DNA from: a virus
Strand: one strand, 5' to 3'
Virus record (IMG/VR): IMGVR_UViG_3300050821_003907
Location: 117,161-181,160 of that record
DNA length: 64,000 nt
Shown: piece after piece, positions 8,771-18,395 of the stretch
How the letters are laid out: each line of letters opens with the position of its first letter
Numbering within the stretch: position 1 is the first letter of the stretch
Notes under the pieces: model-generated
The model's database searches: none
What the model saw: only the letters and a program-made list of their open reading frames with translations
Told to the model about the DNA's origin: nothing
Made by a program: the position numbers and the translations under genes

Positions 8771-9545
8771 TGACCTCTCCCGTTAGTTGCAGCTTGTGCT
8801 TGTTCTCCAGGTGCCTGCTCACGTAAGCACAGTCTGGCTTCATCAGCAAGTCCAGGTTCCGCATCAAGAACAGCGCCCATTCCCCTTTAAACAGGCTGGT
8901 AGCCGTGCGCCGTAGCGCCCAGTGGTAGGCCGCCCGTGGCGACCCCCGGTACTGCTGAGGAATCAGGATGCGCTCCAGCGCGGTCGTGTAGATTTCCTCG
9001 CGTACCAGCTTAACCTGAGTCTCGAAGTTCATCGACCAGAACTTGGTGTTGTCCACGAGTACGTCAGAGCCGTCCTGCAAGATGGCCTCGTACAGCGGGC
9101 GCTCGCCGTAGGCGACAGAATCGTGGACTGAGTCATGAACGTACTTGCGCACTACAGCGTCCGCAAAGAACTTATCAGAAGACTGGTTAAGGTTTGTTGA
9201 GTGTTTCTTGTAGTGGTCTTTCCAGACCGGCAAGACGATGTCGTACAGCTCACGGATAAACGTGCAGTTCTTACGAGACAGGAAGATGATATCGTAAGCG
9301 TGCTTGTCCCAGTCTTGCGGGCCGTTGATTTCCCAGAAGCCATGAGAAATTTTAAGCGTGTACAGTTCGTCAGGCGTAGCGATGTTACTCCACGGCCATT
9401 GTCCCAGGCGCTTATCCCAGAAGCAGTCATTGCGTCGTGCATCGAAGTTTACAGGGTAAGGACTTAGCCAGTCCCAGTCTCCGTTAGGCTCTCGGGCATC
9501 GGGAAACCAGTGCTTCAGCGCACGTGAACCTGTCAAGGTCGCCAT
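8763..9545 (-). CDS. nucleotidyltransferase-like protein (Pol-beta-type GS/DxD N-terminus)
   Basis: LTGSRAL...DWDW at the N-terminus; function inferred from the motif only. Confidence 0.55.
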   Translation of the reverse strand: MATLTGSRALKHWFPDAREPNGDWDWLSPYPVNFDARRNDCFWDKRLGQWPWSNIATPDELYTLKISHGFWEINGPQDWDKHAYDIIFLSRKNCTFIRELYDIVLPVWKDHYKKHSTNLNQSSDKFFADAVVRKYVHDSVHDSVAYGERPLYEAILQDGSDVLVDNTKFWSMNFETQVKLVREEIYTTALERILIPQQYRGSPRAAYHWALRRTATSLFKGEWALFLMRNLDLLMKPDCAYVSRHLENKHKLQLTGEVND

Positions 9546-9725
9546 CAGGCGAGTCTCCTATTTCTCGGCTACATTAACGATGAAGGTCTGCGTGTTGCGA
9601 AGCTTTACCTCAAACTGAAAGACATTTCCTACCTGTCCCAGGAAGTAAGTAGCCTTAACCACTGTCAATTGCTCAACCGCTGCTGCCATTACAGCGGCCA
9701 TGTCTCTTTCAGACCACTGAGCCAT

Positions 9726-10025
9726 CTATCCCCCGATTTGCTCTATGAGATGCTTGATTAGGGTGCGCGCTGACTCTGATGACGCAGTTTGATGGAGTAC
9801 GAAAGGCTGTTGCGGGCCTACCACAGAAGCGCACACTTCCCAGACACCACGTGTGACGTTCTCCCTGAAGAACAAGCGGGCAATGTGGTCTACGCCGATG
9901 AAACTACCGTCAAGTGCGGGGATGAACTTCATGACCGGGACAACGCTGTCCCGGTCATGAGTATTCCCTAGTGTCCTAGCGCGTGAGACGCCGGGCCCCA
10001 TCATAGCCGGATTTCTTTGCCCCAC
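9726..10025 (-). CDS. hypothetical protein
   Basis: Coupled ORF; start probably later than the track's start. Confidence 0.5.
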   Translation of the reverse strand: MGQRNPAMMGPGVSRARTLGNTHDRDSVVPVMKFIPALDGSFIGVDHIARLFFRENVTRGVWEVCASVVGPQQPFVLHQTASSESARTLIKHLIEQIGG

Positions 10026-10294
10026 TTAAGTTCCGCTAGGCGGAACTGAGATTGGGGCCACTCATTAGGGTGCACACGGTAAGGAACTATAGCTATGTGA
10101 TTTTCCTGCACAAGGTCATCCACGATGCCCCACGCATTGAAGTCTTCAGGAAAGAGCATAGGATAAGCCTCTACTGTGTCTTCAGCTAGACCACTCATTG
10201 CTCCCTCCTCGTATACAGGGGTGTTCTGAGCAACATAAATAACAACGGCACTCCGTCGTGCCAGTTGCAAAGTGTTTTCCCGAATGTCATCCAT
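10001..10294 (-). CDS. hypothetical protein
   Basis: GAGAGG RBS, overlapping run. Confidence 0.6.
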   Translation of the reverse strand: MDDIRENTLQLARRSAVVIYVAQNTPVYEEGAMSGLAEDTVEAYPMLFPEDFNAWGIVDDLVQENHIAIVPYRVHPNEWPQSQFRLAELKWGKEIRL

Positions 10295-10964
10295 GATTAG
10301 CCGCCTCTCGTTTAGCTGCGATTTCTTCTTGCAACATCAGCACCGTTTCCGTAAACTTGTCTAGGTCATCTACGACAAACCACTCCGAAACGCGCATCTT
10401 ATGCGGGAAAAGATTGGGTACACCTAGGAGCGCTAGGCTGCTCTGGATATAGGCTTCTTCGGCCTGAGAAGCACCCCGCATCATGAGTACGCTCTTCGCT
10501 CCCGTGAGCCGTTCAGGATAACCGTTGCGTTTAGCTACATCTCTAGCCGATGAAGGTGTATCACGCCAACGACCGGTTGAGTAGCCTACTTTAGCTACGC
10601 CTTGTTCGGGAAATACAATCACGTATACAACGGCACCTGAAGAGTCTTCTATGTCGATAGAGGAATCCCACATAGCATTGCCGACACCTGGTTGGCCTCC
10701 AGGCTTTCGTCGCCTAGTAACATCCCGGAGGCTTCCACAACTACGGATATTTCCGGACTTAAATTCTTTAGCGACTACTGTAAATGCCGATTTTAGGCCA
10801 TTACATTCCGGGCAATTACAGACAACTTCTACACAATTACGGGAAACTTCGCCCCGCGAAGTCATAACTACACCTTTAAAGGTGTCACTAGCAGCCTCTA
10901 GGTACCCGTCAGGCTGACGGGTACCTCGGCTAATTACTATCCGGTCGCCCTTGGCGTTACTCAC
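10287..10964 (-). CDS. GIY-YIG (T5orf172-like) endonuclease with N-terminal Cys module
   Basis: VVYVI...AKVGYS plus EWF; N-terminal VCNC.EC...KSGNIRSCG. Start tentatively the GTG at 10964. Confidence 0.65.
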   Translation of the reverse strand: MSNAKGDRIVISRGTRQPDGYLEAASDTFKGVVMTSRGEVSRNCVEVVCNCPECNGLKSAFTVVAKEFKSGNIRSCGSLRDVTRRRKPGGQPGVGNAMWDSSIDIEDSSGAVVYVIVFPEQGVAKVGYSTGRWRDTPSSARDVAKRNGYPERLTGAKSVLMMRGASQAEEAYIQSSLALLGVPNLFPHKMRVSEWFVVDDLDKFTETVLMLQEEIAAKREAANHG

Positions 10965-10999
10965 ACCACGAATAACGCCTGACTGACCGCCTGTATTCC

Positions 11000-11887
11000 T
11001 TAGTGACCTAGGACATGTGTGGCGGGTCCGCCGCCATAATTCAACCAAATTCCGAAGCCCAGCAGGAACGTGAGCACCGGGATGGCGATGAACAGCACGA
11101 CCTTCAGGACCTTGCTCTGGTTAGCCACGCGAAGCGCAGCTTCCTGCTGGTCGGTGTACTTGTCCTCAAGGTAGTCGTAACGGTGCCTGTAGTTCGGCGG
11201 GAACCACTTAGGCGGCGGGGACTTGCGGGCAAGTCGCTTCTCCGCTTGCATGGTCTGGAACGTGCCGAACACCGGAGCCAGAATTTTGTGGGCAGGAATA
11301 CCAGCGGCGATACCAATGATGGTTAGCTGCCACGAACCCTTGTTCACCCAGTCAGCAACCCACGGGTTACCGCTCTTGGTGCCCCAGTGCTCAGCGAACG
11401 CAAGCCCATGAGACAGCAGGACAATCATGACGGCAGCGACAGCAGCCGAAGCCAGGAACGCAAGGACAAGGTGTCCCAGCATCTGATGCCACTTAAGCTT
11501 CTTAACGTACTTGAAGCCCACCATGATGCCCAGCACGAGCAAAGTACCCAGGAAACCGATAAGCACATGTCGTGCGTCGTGCCGAGCAGTAACCCACCAC
11601 AACGGAGCCGACTGGCTGTGCAGCCCGAACGCCTGGTGTGCATGACCCAGGTACTTGTTGTGCAGGAGGTTCTGAACGTGAACAGGGAGACGGTCCCACG
11701 TGTCCTTCAGGCCGATGAAGGTAGTAGTAGTGTTACCATACTTAGTCTGGTACGCGACCTGCGTGACCAGGAAGTAGATGGCCGAGCCAATAGGCACAGC
11801 CACCTGCGACAGCAAGGCTCCCCACATCAGCAGCAAGCCACGGTCAGTGACCCTGAGCTTGTGCTTCTTCAGCAGTGCATCAGACAT
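11000..11887 (-). CDS. multi-pass membrane protein
   Basis: About 5-6 hydrophobic segments; AAGGAG RBS. Confidence 0.75.
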   Translation of the reverse strand: MSDALLKKHKLRVTDRGLLLMWGALLSQVAVPIGSAIYFLVTQVAYQTKYGNTTTTFIGLKDTWDRLPVHVQNLLHNKYLGHAHQAFGLHSQSAPLWWVTARHDARHVLIGFLGTLLVLGIMVGFKYVKKLKWHQMLGHLVLAFLASAAVAAVMIVLLSHGLAFAEHWGTKSGNPWVADWVNKGSWQLTIIGIAAGIPAHKILAPVFGTFQTMQAEKRLARKSPPPKWFPPNYRHRYDYLEDKYTDQQEAALRVANQSKVLKVVLFIAIPVLTFLLGFGIWLNYGGGPATHVLGH

Positions 11888-12042
11888 GCTAACTCCTTAC
11901 CAGATAATGTAACTACGTGAACCGAACCGAAAACACAGGCCGTAATTGTCTACGGAAAAAGAGATGCCGAATGCGTAATGGTTAAGCACCGACAACTGCA
12001 ATCGTTTGCGCCTAGCCCGCAGGTCACTGGCCAGTACTTTCA

Positions 12043-12471
12043 TTACCCCCTCACAATCTTGCTACCAGTAAGCGCAGCGAACCCTAGCACGTCAGCAGGA
12101 CTGACGCTAGCCGTAGAACAGGTCCAGCCGTCTAGCCGGATGCCGCCTTGCGCGTCAAGAGTGAATCCCTTGCCGGGGTAGCAGGTCCACTTAGTGCCGT
12201 CCAGGTCAGCCACGATATAAGGAGTACCCTGCGCATCAACCTTGATGACAGGACTCAGCCCGTCCGTGCGGAACACGGACATCAGGACACCGGGCTTTAC
12301 TGGCTTAGGCTGGGGGTGAACCTTCGGGTGCTGCTGGGTTGTCGTCTTCGTGGCCGTAGGGGTCGTCGTCGGAGAAGGAATCGAGTGATGCCAGCCAGGA
12401 ACGGAACAACCGGCCAAACACGCTATAGCTCCAATCGGGATGAGAGGATAGATGAGGTTACGCAGCTTCAT
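12043..12471 (-). CDS. lipoprotein with Pro/Thr-rich linker
   Basis: MKLRNL...IACLAG|C lipobox; start moved to 12471 (TAATG coupling). Confidence 0.7.
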   Translation of the reverse strand: MKLRNLIYPLIPIGAIACLAGCSVPGWHHSIPSPTTTPTATKTTTQQHPKVHPQPKPVKPGVLMSVFRTDGLSPVIKVDAQGTPYIVADLDGTKWTCYPGKGFTLDAQGGIRLDGWTCSTASVSPADVLGFAALTGSKIVRG

Positions 12472-12743
12472 TAAGACTCCTTCCAGGTGTAGTGTCCTTG
12501 CCTGTCGCACTTCCTGCACCTAACGAGTCCATACTTCAACCCGCTGAGGCAGTAGTCACATACGAACATGAACTTCACGTGACCGCACTCGCACTTGAAC
12601 ATCACCCGGCAGGAAGCAAATTCTCGGCAGTCAAGGTAAGCACGTTCATCGTCGTACATGATGGTTCGTTGCATTTGACATGGTGGTGCGCTGTCGAGGG
12701 ACGGAAGCTCAAGCCTCTCAACTTCAGCTATGCTTACGCTCAC
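12471..12743 (-). CDS. Cys-rich putative zinc-binding protein
   Basis: GGGGAGG RBS and GTG at 12743; CEC, CDYC, CRKC; resembles 19468..19734. Confidence 0.65.
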   Translation of the reverse strand: MSVSIAEVERLELPSLDSAPPCQMQRTIMYDDERAYLDCREFASCRVMFKCECGHVKFMFVCDYCLSGLKYGLVRCRKCDRQGHYTWKES

Positions 12744-12754
12744 GTATCCTCCCC

Positions 12755-15115
12755 TTAAGGCTTCATTCCACGGTGTCGTCGCAGGATTCGCTTGACCATC
12801 ATCAGGCACTGCAATGCGGTCAGCACAGCCAGGATTCGCCATCCTGTGAGGAGGGTGTAGTCCTGCCACGCACCGGGAAGGTGTTGCCATGCAGTGACGA
12901 TTCCGTAGATGAACCCAATGATGAGCAGCGAGAATCCGAAAATCTTAGGACCGAAGCCCATTGACTTACCGGATTCTGCCTTCTTCTGCGCAGCCCAGCC
13001 ATCACTGCCCGTGCCTGTAAGGACCTTGAACGTCGCAACGGTCATGGACGTTGCCCGGAAGATAAGGTAAAGCTCTACCGGAACCAGCGTTGCTGCTGAT
13101 ACGACATCCAGCGGAGTCCTGTTAGGCATGCGCATTGTCTGCCGTATGTTAAGCAAGATTGCCAACGCTGGCGGAATCAGCCAGTACCAGGACCAGTCGA
13201 ACTTGTGCACGGACAACGACGCGGTTAGCATGACGGCGAACATCAGGCGCATGAACCCGTTGAATAGCAGTCCCGCTACCTGAGTAGCCAGGGTTGCCGT
13301 CCACTTGTTCAGCCCCGATGTCATGATGAGACGCGCGATGCCCTGGTCCCACTTCTGGCGCTGTGCCCAGAGGGACTTGAGGTTGTGCATGGCACCGGGG
13401 TACGCACGCGCCTCAGGGTTAACCGTGGTCTTGTAGCCAAGCCCTCGCAGGTCACCGGTGAGCTGCATGTCCTCGACCTGGCTGGAGGTGTCCCACGGGA
13501 CGCCCATGCGCTTCTCTGCCACCTTCAGCAGCGCGCTGGCACGGAACAGGCTGAGCTGACCGCCAAGGACGTAGGTGTTGCGCTTGTTGTGCAATAGCGA
13601 GTCAGTCCAGTCACTGAACTCCACCCGCTGCATGCGGACAAGCATTCCCCCCTCTTGGTGGAACGTGTAGCGTGCCATGACGCCCCCGACGTTCCGGTCC
13701 TCGCGCAGTTCCGTCTCCAGGTGCTGCAACGCATCTGGCTCAAGAACGGTGTCAGCATCGACACCCGCAATGTACTCGAAGCCTTTGTGGTGGTGTTCCC
13801 ATCCCTGGTTAAGAGCGCCGGTCTTCTTGTCGCGGTTGCCGACAGTCTCCATCACAGTCGCGCCATACTGGCGTGCGATGCCAGCGGTGTTGTCCCCGCA
13901 GTTTCCTGTGAGGATTCCCCCGGAAAGTGTGAATTCGTGTTGTTCGGGAACAACGGCACAGCCTACGGTGAGGTAGGCTTCCGTGTCTCTAACATCAGTG
14001 ACCATCCATTTGATATTCTCTGCCTTCTTCAGAGAAGCGCGGTAGGCTGTAGTTTCTTTTCCGTCACTGTAGTTTCGCACGTAAGTTTCCTCCCATCGTC
14101 CTATCACCATTAGCCCACCGAAGGGAGCGTAATCTTCTAGCCAGTCAATGATGTCTGACCTCATCGACGCAGGGTGATTAGACCCGGTGCGCTTGTTCAC
14201 GTAACCATCGGCCGCTAGATACCCGTGAGTAAATCCTGCTGCGTAGTTAGCCGTAGGGCTGATTGGTAGGTCCTTAAGATTAGCGGTGTCCTTTACGTAT
14301 AGAGTTCCTCGGTACTGCGGCGTAGCTTCAGCTTGCGACTTCACTTGACGAACTTCTTCTTCAAAGAAATCCGCCATGCGAATCTTGTCTGCGTAAAAAG
14401 AGACTCGATAAGTACGGACATTGTCTAGGTTGTGGTAAGTCTGAGTACCGTCTCCAAAAATAAACCCATGTCGAACGCCTGCACGATAATCCTCACTAGC
14501 AGTGTCGGCTGACACATCGGTAGACGTGGGAATTACATCGCCCTTCGTGATGTCAGTAACAACACCTCTTTCGGTAATCCAGCGGTGGTCGGGCGTAACT
14601 CGCACTGTCCTACGATAAGTCGTACGAGAAGGTACTCGCCATCCTTGCTTTCCGTTACGATAAGTGACGGATTGCGCGGGACCTAGTTCGACTTCTTGAA
14701 TCCTCTGAACGCCGAACTTTTTAATTTCCGCCTTTTGCCACCCACTGCTTGTTAGGATTTCTTGAACCGTACCTGCGGTTTCCCGGAAAGACTTGATGCC
14801 TTCACGAGTAAGGTACCTTTCGTCCAGAGCGAAACAGTTGTCAGCAATGACTACGATGCGGTCTGGCGTTCGCGTCTGCCGCTTAAGTGCGGTGATGGTG
14901 ATGCCGATGGAATCCTGCTCGTCGTGAGCGGGAATCATCACCAGCACGCGGCCGGTCTTGACAGCCTTAACCGGGTCACGATAGCGAATCTTGTCTACCG
15001 CACGGGAGACTTCGCCTACTAGAATGCGGGCAGACTGCTTTAGCTTCTCAGCCGGGCGAAGCCGTGGCGCTCTGGCTGCCGGGGGCTGCCACAACATTAC
15101 ATCTGTCCCTGGCAT
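12755..15115 (-). CDS. processive GT2 glycosyltransferase (PgaC/IcaA-like polysaccharide synthase), intein-containing
   Basis: IPAHDE, VIADN|C, KTGALN, DADT (DxD), VEDMQL (TED-like), QRQKW (QxxRW-like), C-terminal TM helices. Confidence 0.92.
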   Translation of the reverse strand: MPGTDVMLWQPPAARAPRLRPAEKLKQSARILVGEVSRAVDKIRYRDPVKAVKTGRVLVMIPAHDEQDSIGITITALKRQTRTPDRIVVIADNCFALDERYLTREGIKSFRETAGTVQEILTSSGWQKAEIKKFGVQRIQEVELGPAQSVTYRNGKQGWRVPSRTTYRRTVRVTPDHRWITERGVVTDITKGDVIPTSTDVSADTASEDYRAGVRHGFIFGDGTQTYHNLDNVRTYRVSFYADKIRMADFFEEEVRQVKSQAEATPQYRGTLYVKDTANLKDLPISPTANYAAGFTHGYLAADGYVNKRTGSNHPASMRSDIIDWLEDYAPFGGLMVIGRWEETYVRNYSDGKETTAYRASLKKAENIKWMVTDVRDTEAYLTVGCAVVPEQHEFTLSGGILTGNCGDNTAGIARQYGATVMETVGNRDKKTGALNQGWEHHHKGFEYIAGVDADTVLEPDALQHLETELREDRNVGGVMARYTFHQEGGMLVRMQRVEFSDWTDSLLHNKRNTYVLGGQLSLFRASALLKVAEKRMGVPWDTSSQVEDMQLTGDLRGLGYKTTVNPEARAYPGAMHNLKSLWAQRQKWDQGIARLIMTSGLNKWTATLATQVAGLLFNGFMRLMFAVMLTASLSVHKFDWSWYWLIPPALAILLNIRQTMRMPNRTPLDVVSAATLVPVELYLIFRATSMTVATFKVLTGTGSDGWAAQKKAESGKSMGFGPKIFGFSLLIIGFIYGIVTAWQHLPGAWQDYTLLTGWRILAVLTALQCLMMVKRILRRHRGMKP
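13901..14836 (-). mobile_element. intein (312 aa) with LAGLIDADG homing endonuclease
   Basis: Starts C1 FALDERYLTREG, ends ...LTGN with C+1; HGFIFGDG and HGYLAADG motifs. Removing it restores GT2 ADNCGDNT. Confidence 0.92.
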
Positions 15116-15138
15116 CTTATTTACCTTTCGCCTTATTG

Positions 15139-16752
15139 TTACGGGTTGAGGGTACCGAACCAGGACTGAAGGTCCTGGCCCGCACCTTGAGTGGGACCAT
15201 CTGGGAGAACGCAGGAGTATGTTCCCGCATCATAACTGTTAGCCGTGGCAGGACCGCTATTGTCCTGGTTCAGGATTCCAGCGCCGTTAACGTCACCCGT
15301 GCCAAGCGTCCAGGCAAGCAAACCTATTCCCTCATCTTGCAAGTAGCGCAAGTACGCGGGCACTGAAGCAGGGGCATCACCCCAGCACTCACCCACATCA
15401 CCGAGAGAACCAGGGTTGCCGCTGGTAACTGTCCTGTTAGTCCACTCTCCGTCAACTACAGGTGCTTGCAGGTGCTTGACGAGCTGCCCGAATTCAGCAT
15501 CCCAGTTAGCAGTAGTGCGAGCCACACCATCTACAGTTGGGTGATGGAACTCATACACTGTAAGCTTGTCCGGGTCCGTAACGTGCCACGAGCTAAAGTT
15601 AGACGCAACACGGCCAAGCCCCAGCTCACCCATGACTCCGGGGAATTGCGGTGTCTCGTCCCACAGCATGTTCGTGTAACCGTTAGCGCGAAGCGTTACC
15701 GTTAGCTGGTTCATGCCGATGTAGGTGGTGTCGCCTGAGTATCCGCCGTTAAGCCACAAGCTCCACATGGAGTTATCAGTCATGGAATCATCCGAACGCG
15801 GCTCGTTAAACGGGTCAATGATTACAGACTTGTCACCTGCTATAGTAGGGGCTAGTGCTTTCCACACGTTGACTGTAGTTTGCGTGGGCAGCGGCTGATT
15901 GTCGTGAGCAATAGGGTCGGGTTCTGTTTGGTCAACAATGACCACCATAAGCCCGTCAGACTGAGCATGGCTGATAACTTGCTGTAGACCGGAAAGGTAA
16001 GCGGAGTCCACATCTCCGGTAGCAGGGTCAACAAGCGTATCCTGGCTGATGAAGATGCGAACGGTGTTGGCGTGCCACGAACTAGCGCTAACATCTTCCT
16101 GGTCTTCTGCCTGGCTAATCCATGAGTCATACTGCGGCTGCCCAGAACCATCCAGGTACCACTTGTTGTCAGGCTCGCCGGGGTCAGTGCCGTACGGGTA
16201 CTGCGTGCCGTTGAGGTTCATTCCCAGCGGCAGGTACAGCTTGCCGCCCACGACCATGTTCACGCCGCTTAGAGAAACGTCACCGCGTGCATTGCTGAAG
16301 CCGGGGAACGCCACGCCGTTCATTACCCAGTGCCCGTGAAAGCCCGCACCTGCGGTCTTAGCCGTGATGATGCCGGGAAGCGCATAGCTCCAGTGCTGTG
16401 CGTTATCCTCGTTACACTGCCACATCTGGCCTTTAATGGGGTTACGGTTTCCTGCGTTGTCCAGGCAGTAAGCACCACCGCTAGCCCGCATGGTGAGAGT
16501 CCCGTCCAGGGACATGTTCCACTGCTGCTCGTTAGTGCCGTTACAGGTTTTGCCTGCCACTGCAACGCCGTCCTTTGGCGTCCCTGTAAGGCACTTCCCA
16601 CCGCTGGTGATGGTACCCCAAGGCATGGAGTTGACAGGCTTGTAGTGCAGCGGGGGACGGTGCTTAGACGGGGAACTGTACGCTGGCGTGGCAGCGCATG
16701 CTGACAGCAATATGCTAGGCAGCAAAGCCGCTGCTAGCCAGCGCATCTTCAT
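15139..16752 (-). CDS. lipoprotein: ricin-B (CBM13) lectin + GH5 glycoside hydrolase
   Basis: LSA|C lipobox; CLT...C...QQW / CLD...C...QHW; GH5 NTVRI, FNEP (acid/base), YEFH, DGEW (nucleophile), LAW. Confidence 0.88.
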   Translation of the reverse strand: MKMRWLAAALLPSILLSACAATPAYSSPSKHRPPLHYKPVNSMPWGTITSGGKCLTGTPKDGVAVAGKTCNGTNEQQWNMSLDGTLTMRASGGAYCLDNAGNRNPIKGQMWQCNEDNAQHWSYALPGIITAKTAGAGFHGHWVMNGVAFPGFSNARGDVSLSGVNMVVGGKLYLPLGMNLNGTQYPYGTDPGEPDNKWYLDGSGQPQYDSWISQAEDQEDVSASSWHANTVRIFISQDTLVDPATGDVDSAYLSGLQQVISHAQSDGLMVVIVDQTEPDPIAHDNQPLPTQTTVNVWKALAPTIAGDKSVIIDPFNEPRSDDSMTDNSMWSLWLNGGYSGDTTYIGMNQLTVTLRANGYTNMLWDETPQFPGVMGELGLGRVASNFSSWHVTDPDKLTVYEFHHPTVDGVARTTANWDAEFGQLVKHLQAPVVDGEWTNRTVTSGNPGSLGDVGECWGDAPASVPAYLRYLQDEGIGLLAWTLGTGDVNGAGILNQDNSGPATANSYDAGTYSCVLPDGPTQGAGQDLQSWFGTLNP

Positions 16753-17450
16753 TACATGAACTCCTTCAGTTTCTCTACGTCGTCTACGATGGGCACGCCC
16801 GGAGCAATTTCGCTAACTAGCCGGGTTAGTTCTTCAACTACCTCTGTGCTTGTCTTGCCGAGAAACCGCTGAACGGTAGTGTCAAATACAGGGTGCGGTT
16901 GCGGTTCCACCACAGCGATAGCGAGCATTCGCATCTTCTGGGAACGGAAGCCCTTCTCACCGATGATGGTGCGGCCAGCTCCCTCACCGACTCCCCGAAG
17001 GTGAGCCTTAACCCAAGCGGGCTTGTCACGCAGCGAGAACTCTGCCCAGTAACCATCCAAGGTAAACGCGGGGTAGCTGAAATCTACCGGACCCCTTACG
17101 TGGTTGCTCTTTGACTGCTCCCAGAAAGCCCAGAAACCACACCCGCACTGCTCTGTGGGAATTTCAGAAAGAGGATGCCAGAATTTGACGCCTCCGGGCA
17201 ACATTGCCACCTCTGATTCGTGCAGCTTAGCCATCGTCTCAGAAATATCGCAGCGTGCGACTTGCCAGTCGCTGCCGTGCCACTGACCACCCCAGTGTCC
17301 CATGAGATGCTTATCAGGCACGAGTGGCAGTTCCGGCATCTTACGAGAGAATTTAAGCTGCCATTCCCGGTAGCCCTTTACTGTTCCGGCCGCGAATTCC
17401 CACTCACCTTGCTCACTGAAACCATCCATGCCAGAAACGCGTGCGGACAC
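16752..17450 (-). CDS. hypothetical protein, paralog family A (copy 1)
   Basis: KGYREW...CGCGFWAFW...GRTIIGEKGFRSQK. Confidence 0.8.
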   Translation of the reverse strand: MSARVSGMDGFSEQGEWEFAAGTVKGYREWQLKFSRKMPELPLVPDKHLMGHWGGQWHGSDWQVARCDISETMAKLHESEVAMLPGGVKFWHPLSEIPTEQCGCGFWAFWEQSKSNHVRGPVDFSYPAFTLDGYWAEFSLRDKPAWVKAHLRGVGEGAGRTIIGEKGFRSQKMRMLAIAVVEPQPHPVFDTTVQRFLGKTSTEVVEELTRLVSEIAPGVPIVDDVEKLKEFM

Positions 17451-17458
17451 AGTATCTC

Positions 17459-17974
17459 CTAGAAGAATGAAACCAGCGCCAGCACTCTGGGTCCTGGCTG
17501 CTCAGCAGGGTCGAACTCCAGTTGCATGAGCGCGATGGCGCGCTTGAGGATTGAGTCGTAAGAATGCAGGGTAGCGGGGTCGAACCATGCCCTGTCGATT
17601 TCCAGGATGTCGTAACCCGAGCCGAGTTTTACTCCAAAGGCCCACTGGTCATAATCGTATGATGCGCCCCGGCTATCGAAAACCAGCCTGTCCAGGCCGA
17701 CTGCCTGCTCGGCTGCTTTCTTGCGCGTGAAATAACCACTGTCTGATGAATCGTCCCACTCTTCCGTGAAGCCTGCCATCTCCCGTAGAAGATATTCGTC
17801 TGCCTGGTGAGCAAAGCCCTCATCCTCAGAATCGTCTGGGTAACCCTCGTCGTTCAGCTTTACCCAGGACGGCCACGCCGTCTCGTACTTACCAGCCTTG
17901 TTGAACTTCCAGCCGTCTTCCGGCCCGCCAAGGTCGTAGCCATACAGAATCGTCACGTCCAGGGAGCGCCCCAT
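17459..17974 (-). CDS. hypothetical acidic protein
   Basis: GAGAGG RBS; 171 aa. Confidence 0.7.
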   Translation of the reverse strand: MGRSLDVTILYGYDLGGPEDGWKFNKAGKYETAWPSWVKLNDEGYPDDSEDEGFAHQADEYLLREMAGFTEEWDDSSDSGYFTRKKAAEQAVGLDRLVFDSRGASYDYDQWAFGVKLGSGYDILEIDRAWFDPATLHSYDSILKRAIALMQLEFDPAEQPGPRVLALVSFF

Positions 17975-18365
17975 GTCAGTCCTCTCGTAGTCTCGACCGA
18001 TGCCAACACCCTGTCAGTCCGGGTTATTCCCGTAGTTGTACACGACGTAGTCAAGTACTTCCTTAATCGCTACGAGCGCACCGCAGTTGTAGGCTGTAGT
18101 CACTTCGTCTTCAGCAGCACGGGCAGCGGGCAGTTCATTCGCGTAGCGGTTCTTCGCTTGCTCTAGAAAATCAATAAGGTACTGGTTCATTACAGGTCCT
18201 TAACATCGGTCATGTCATCCGGGTAAATTTCCCCGAAGACGTACGGAGGTAGCTGGTTAGCCAGGTCTTCTAGCGTGCCGAGCCCAATCTGGCTATTGTC
18301 CGGGTCTGCGGTAAACCCTGAGCACATCACGCTGATGAACTTAGCCGTGACATTCTTCATGTCAC

Positions 18366-18395
18366 AATCCTCCCCTAAAAACGCTATCAGTCAAC
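18366..18395. repeat. duplicated intergenic motif, copy 1 (minus: GTTGACTGATAGCGTTTTTAGGGGAGGATT)
   Basis: Near-identical to 18789-18817; includes the RBS. Confidence 0.75.

Noticed and set aside
12744-12890. N-terminal extension of ORF 12471..12890
   Set aside because: It overlaps the GT2 3' end; the GGGGAGG RBS points to the GTG at 12743
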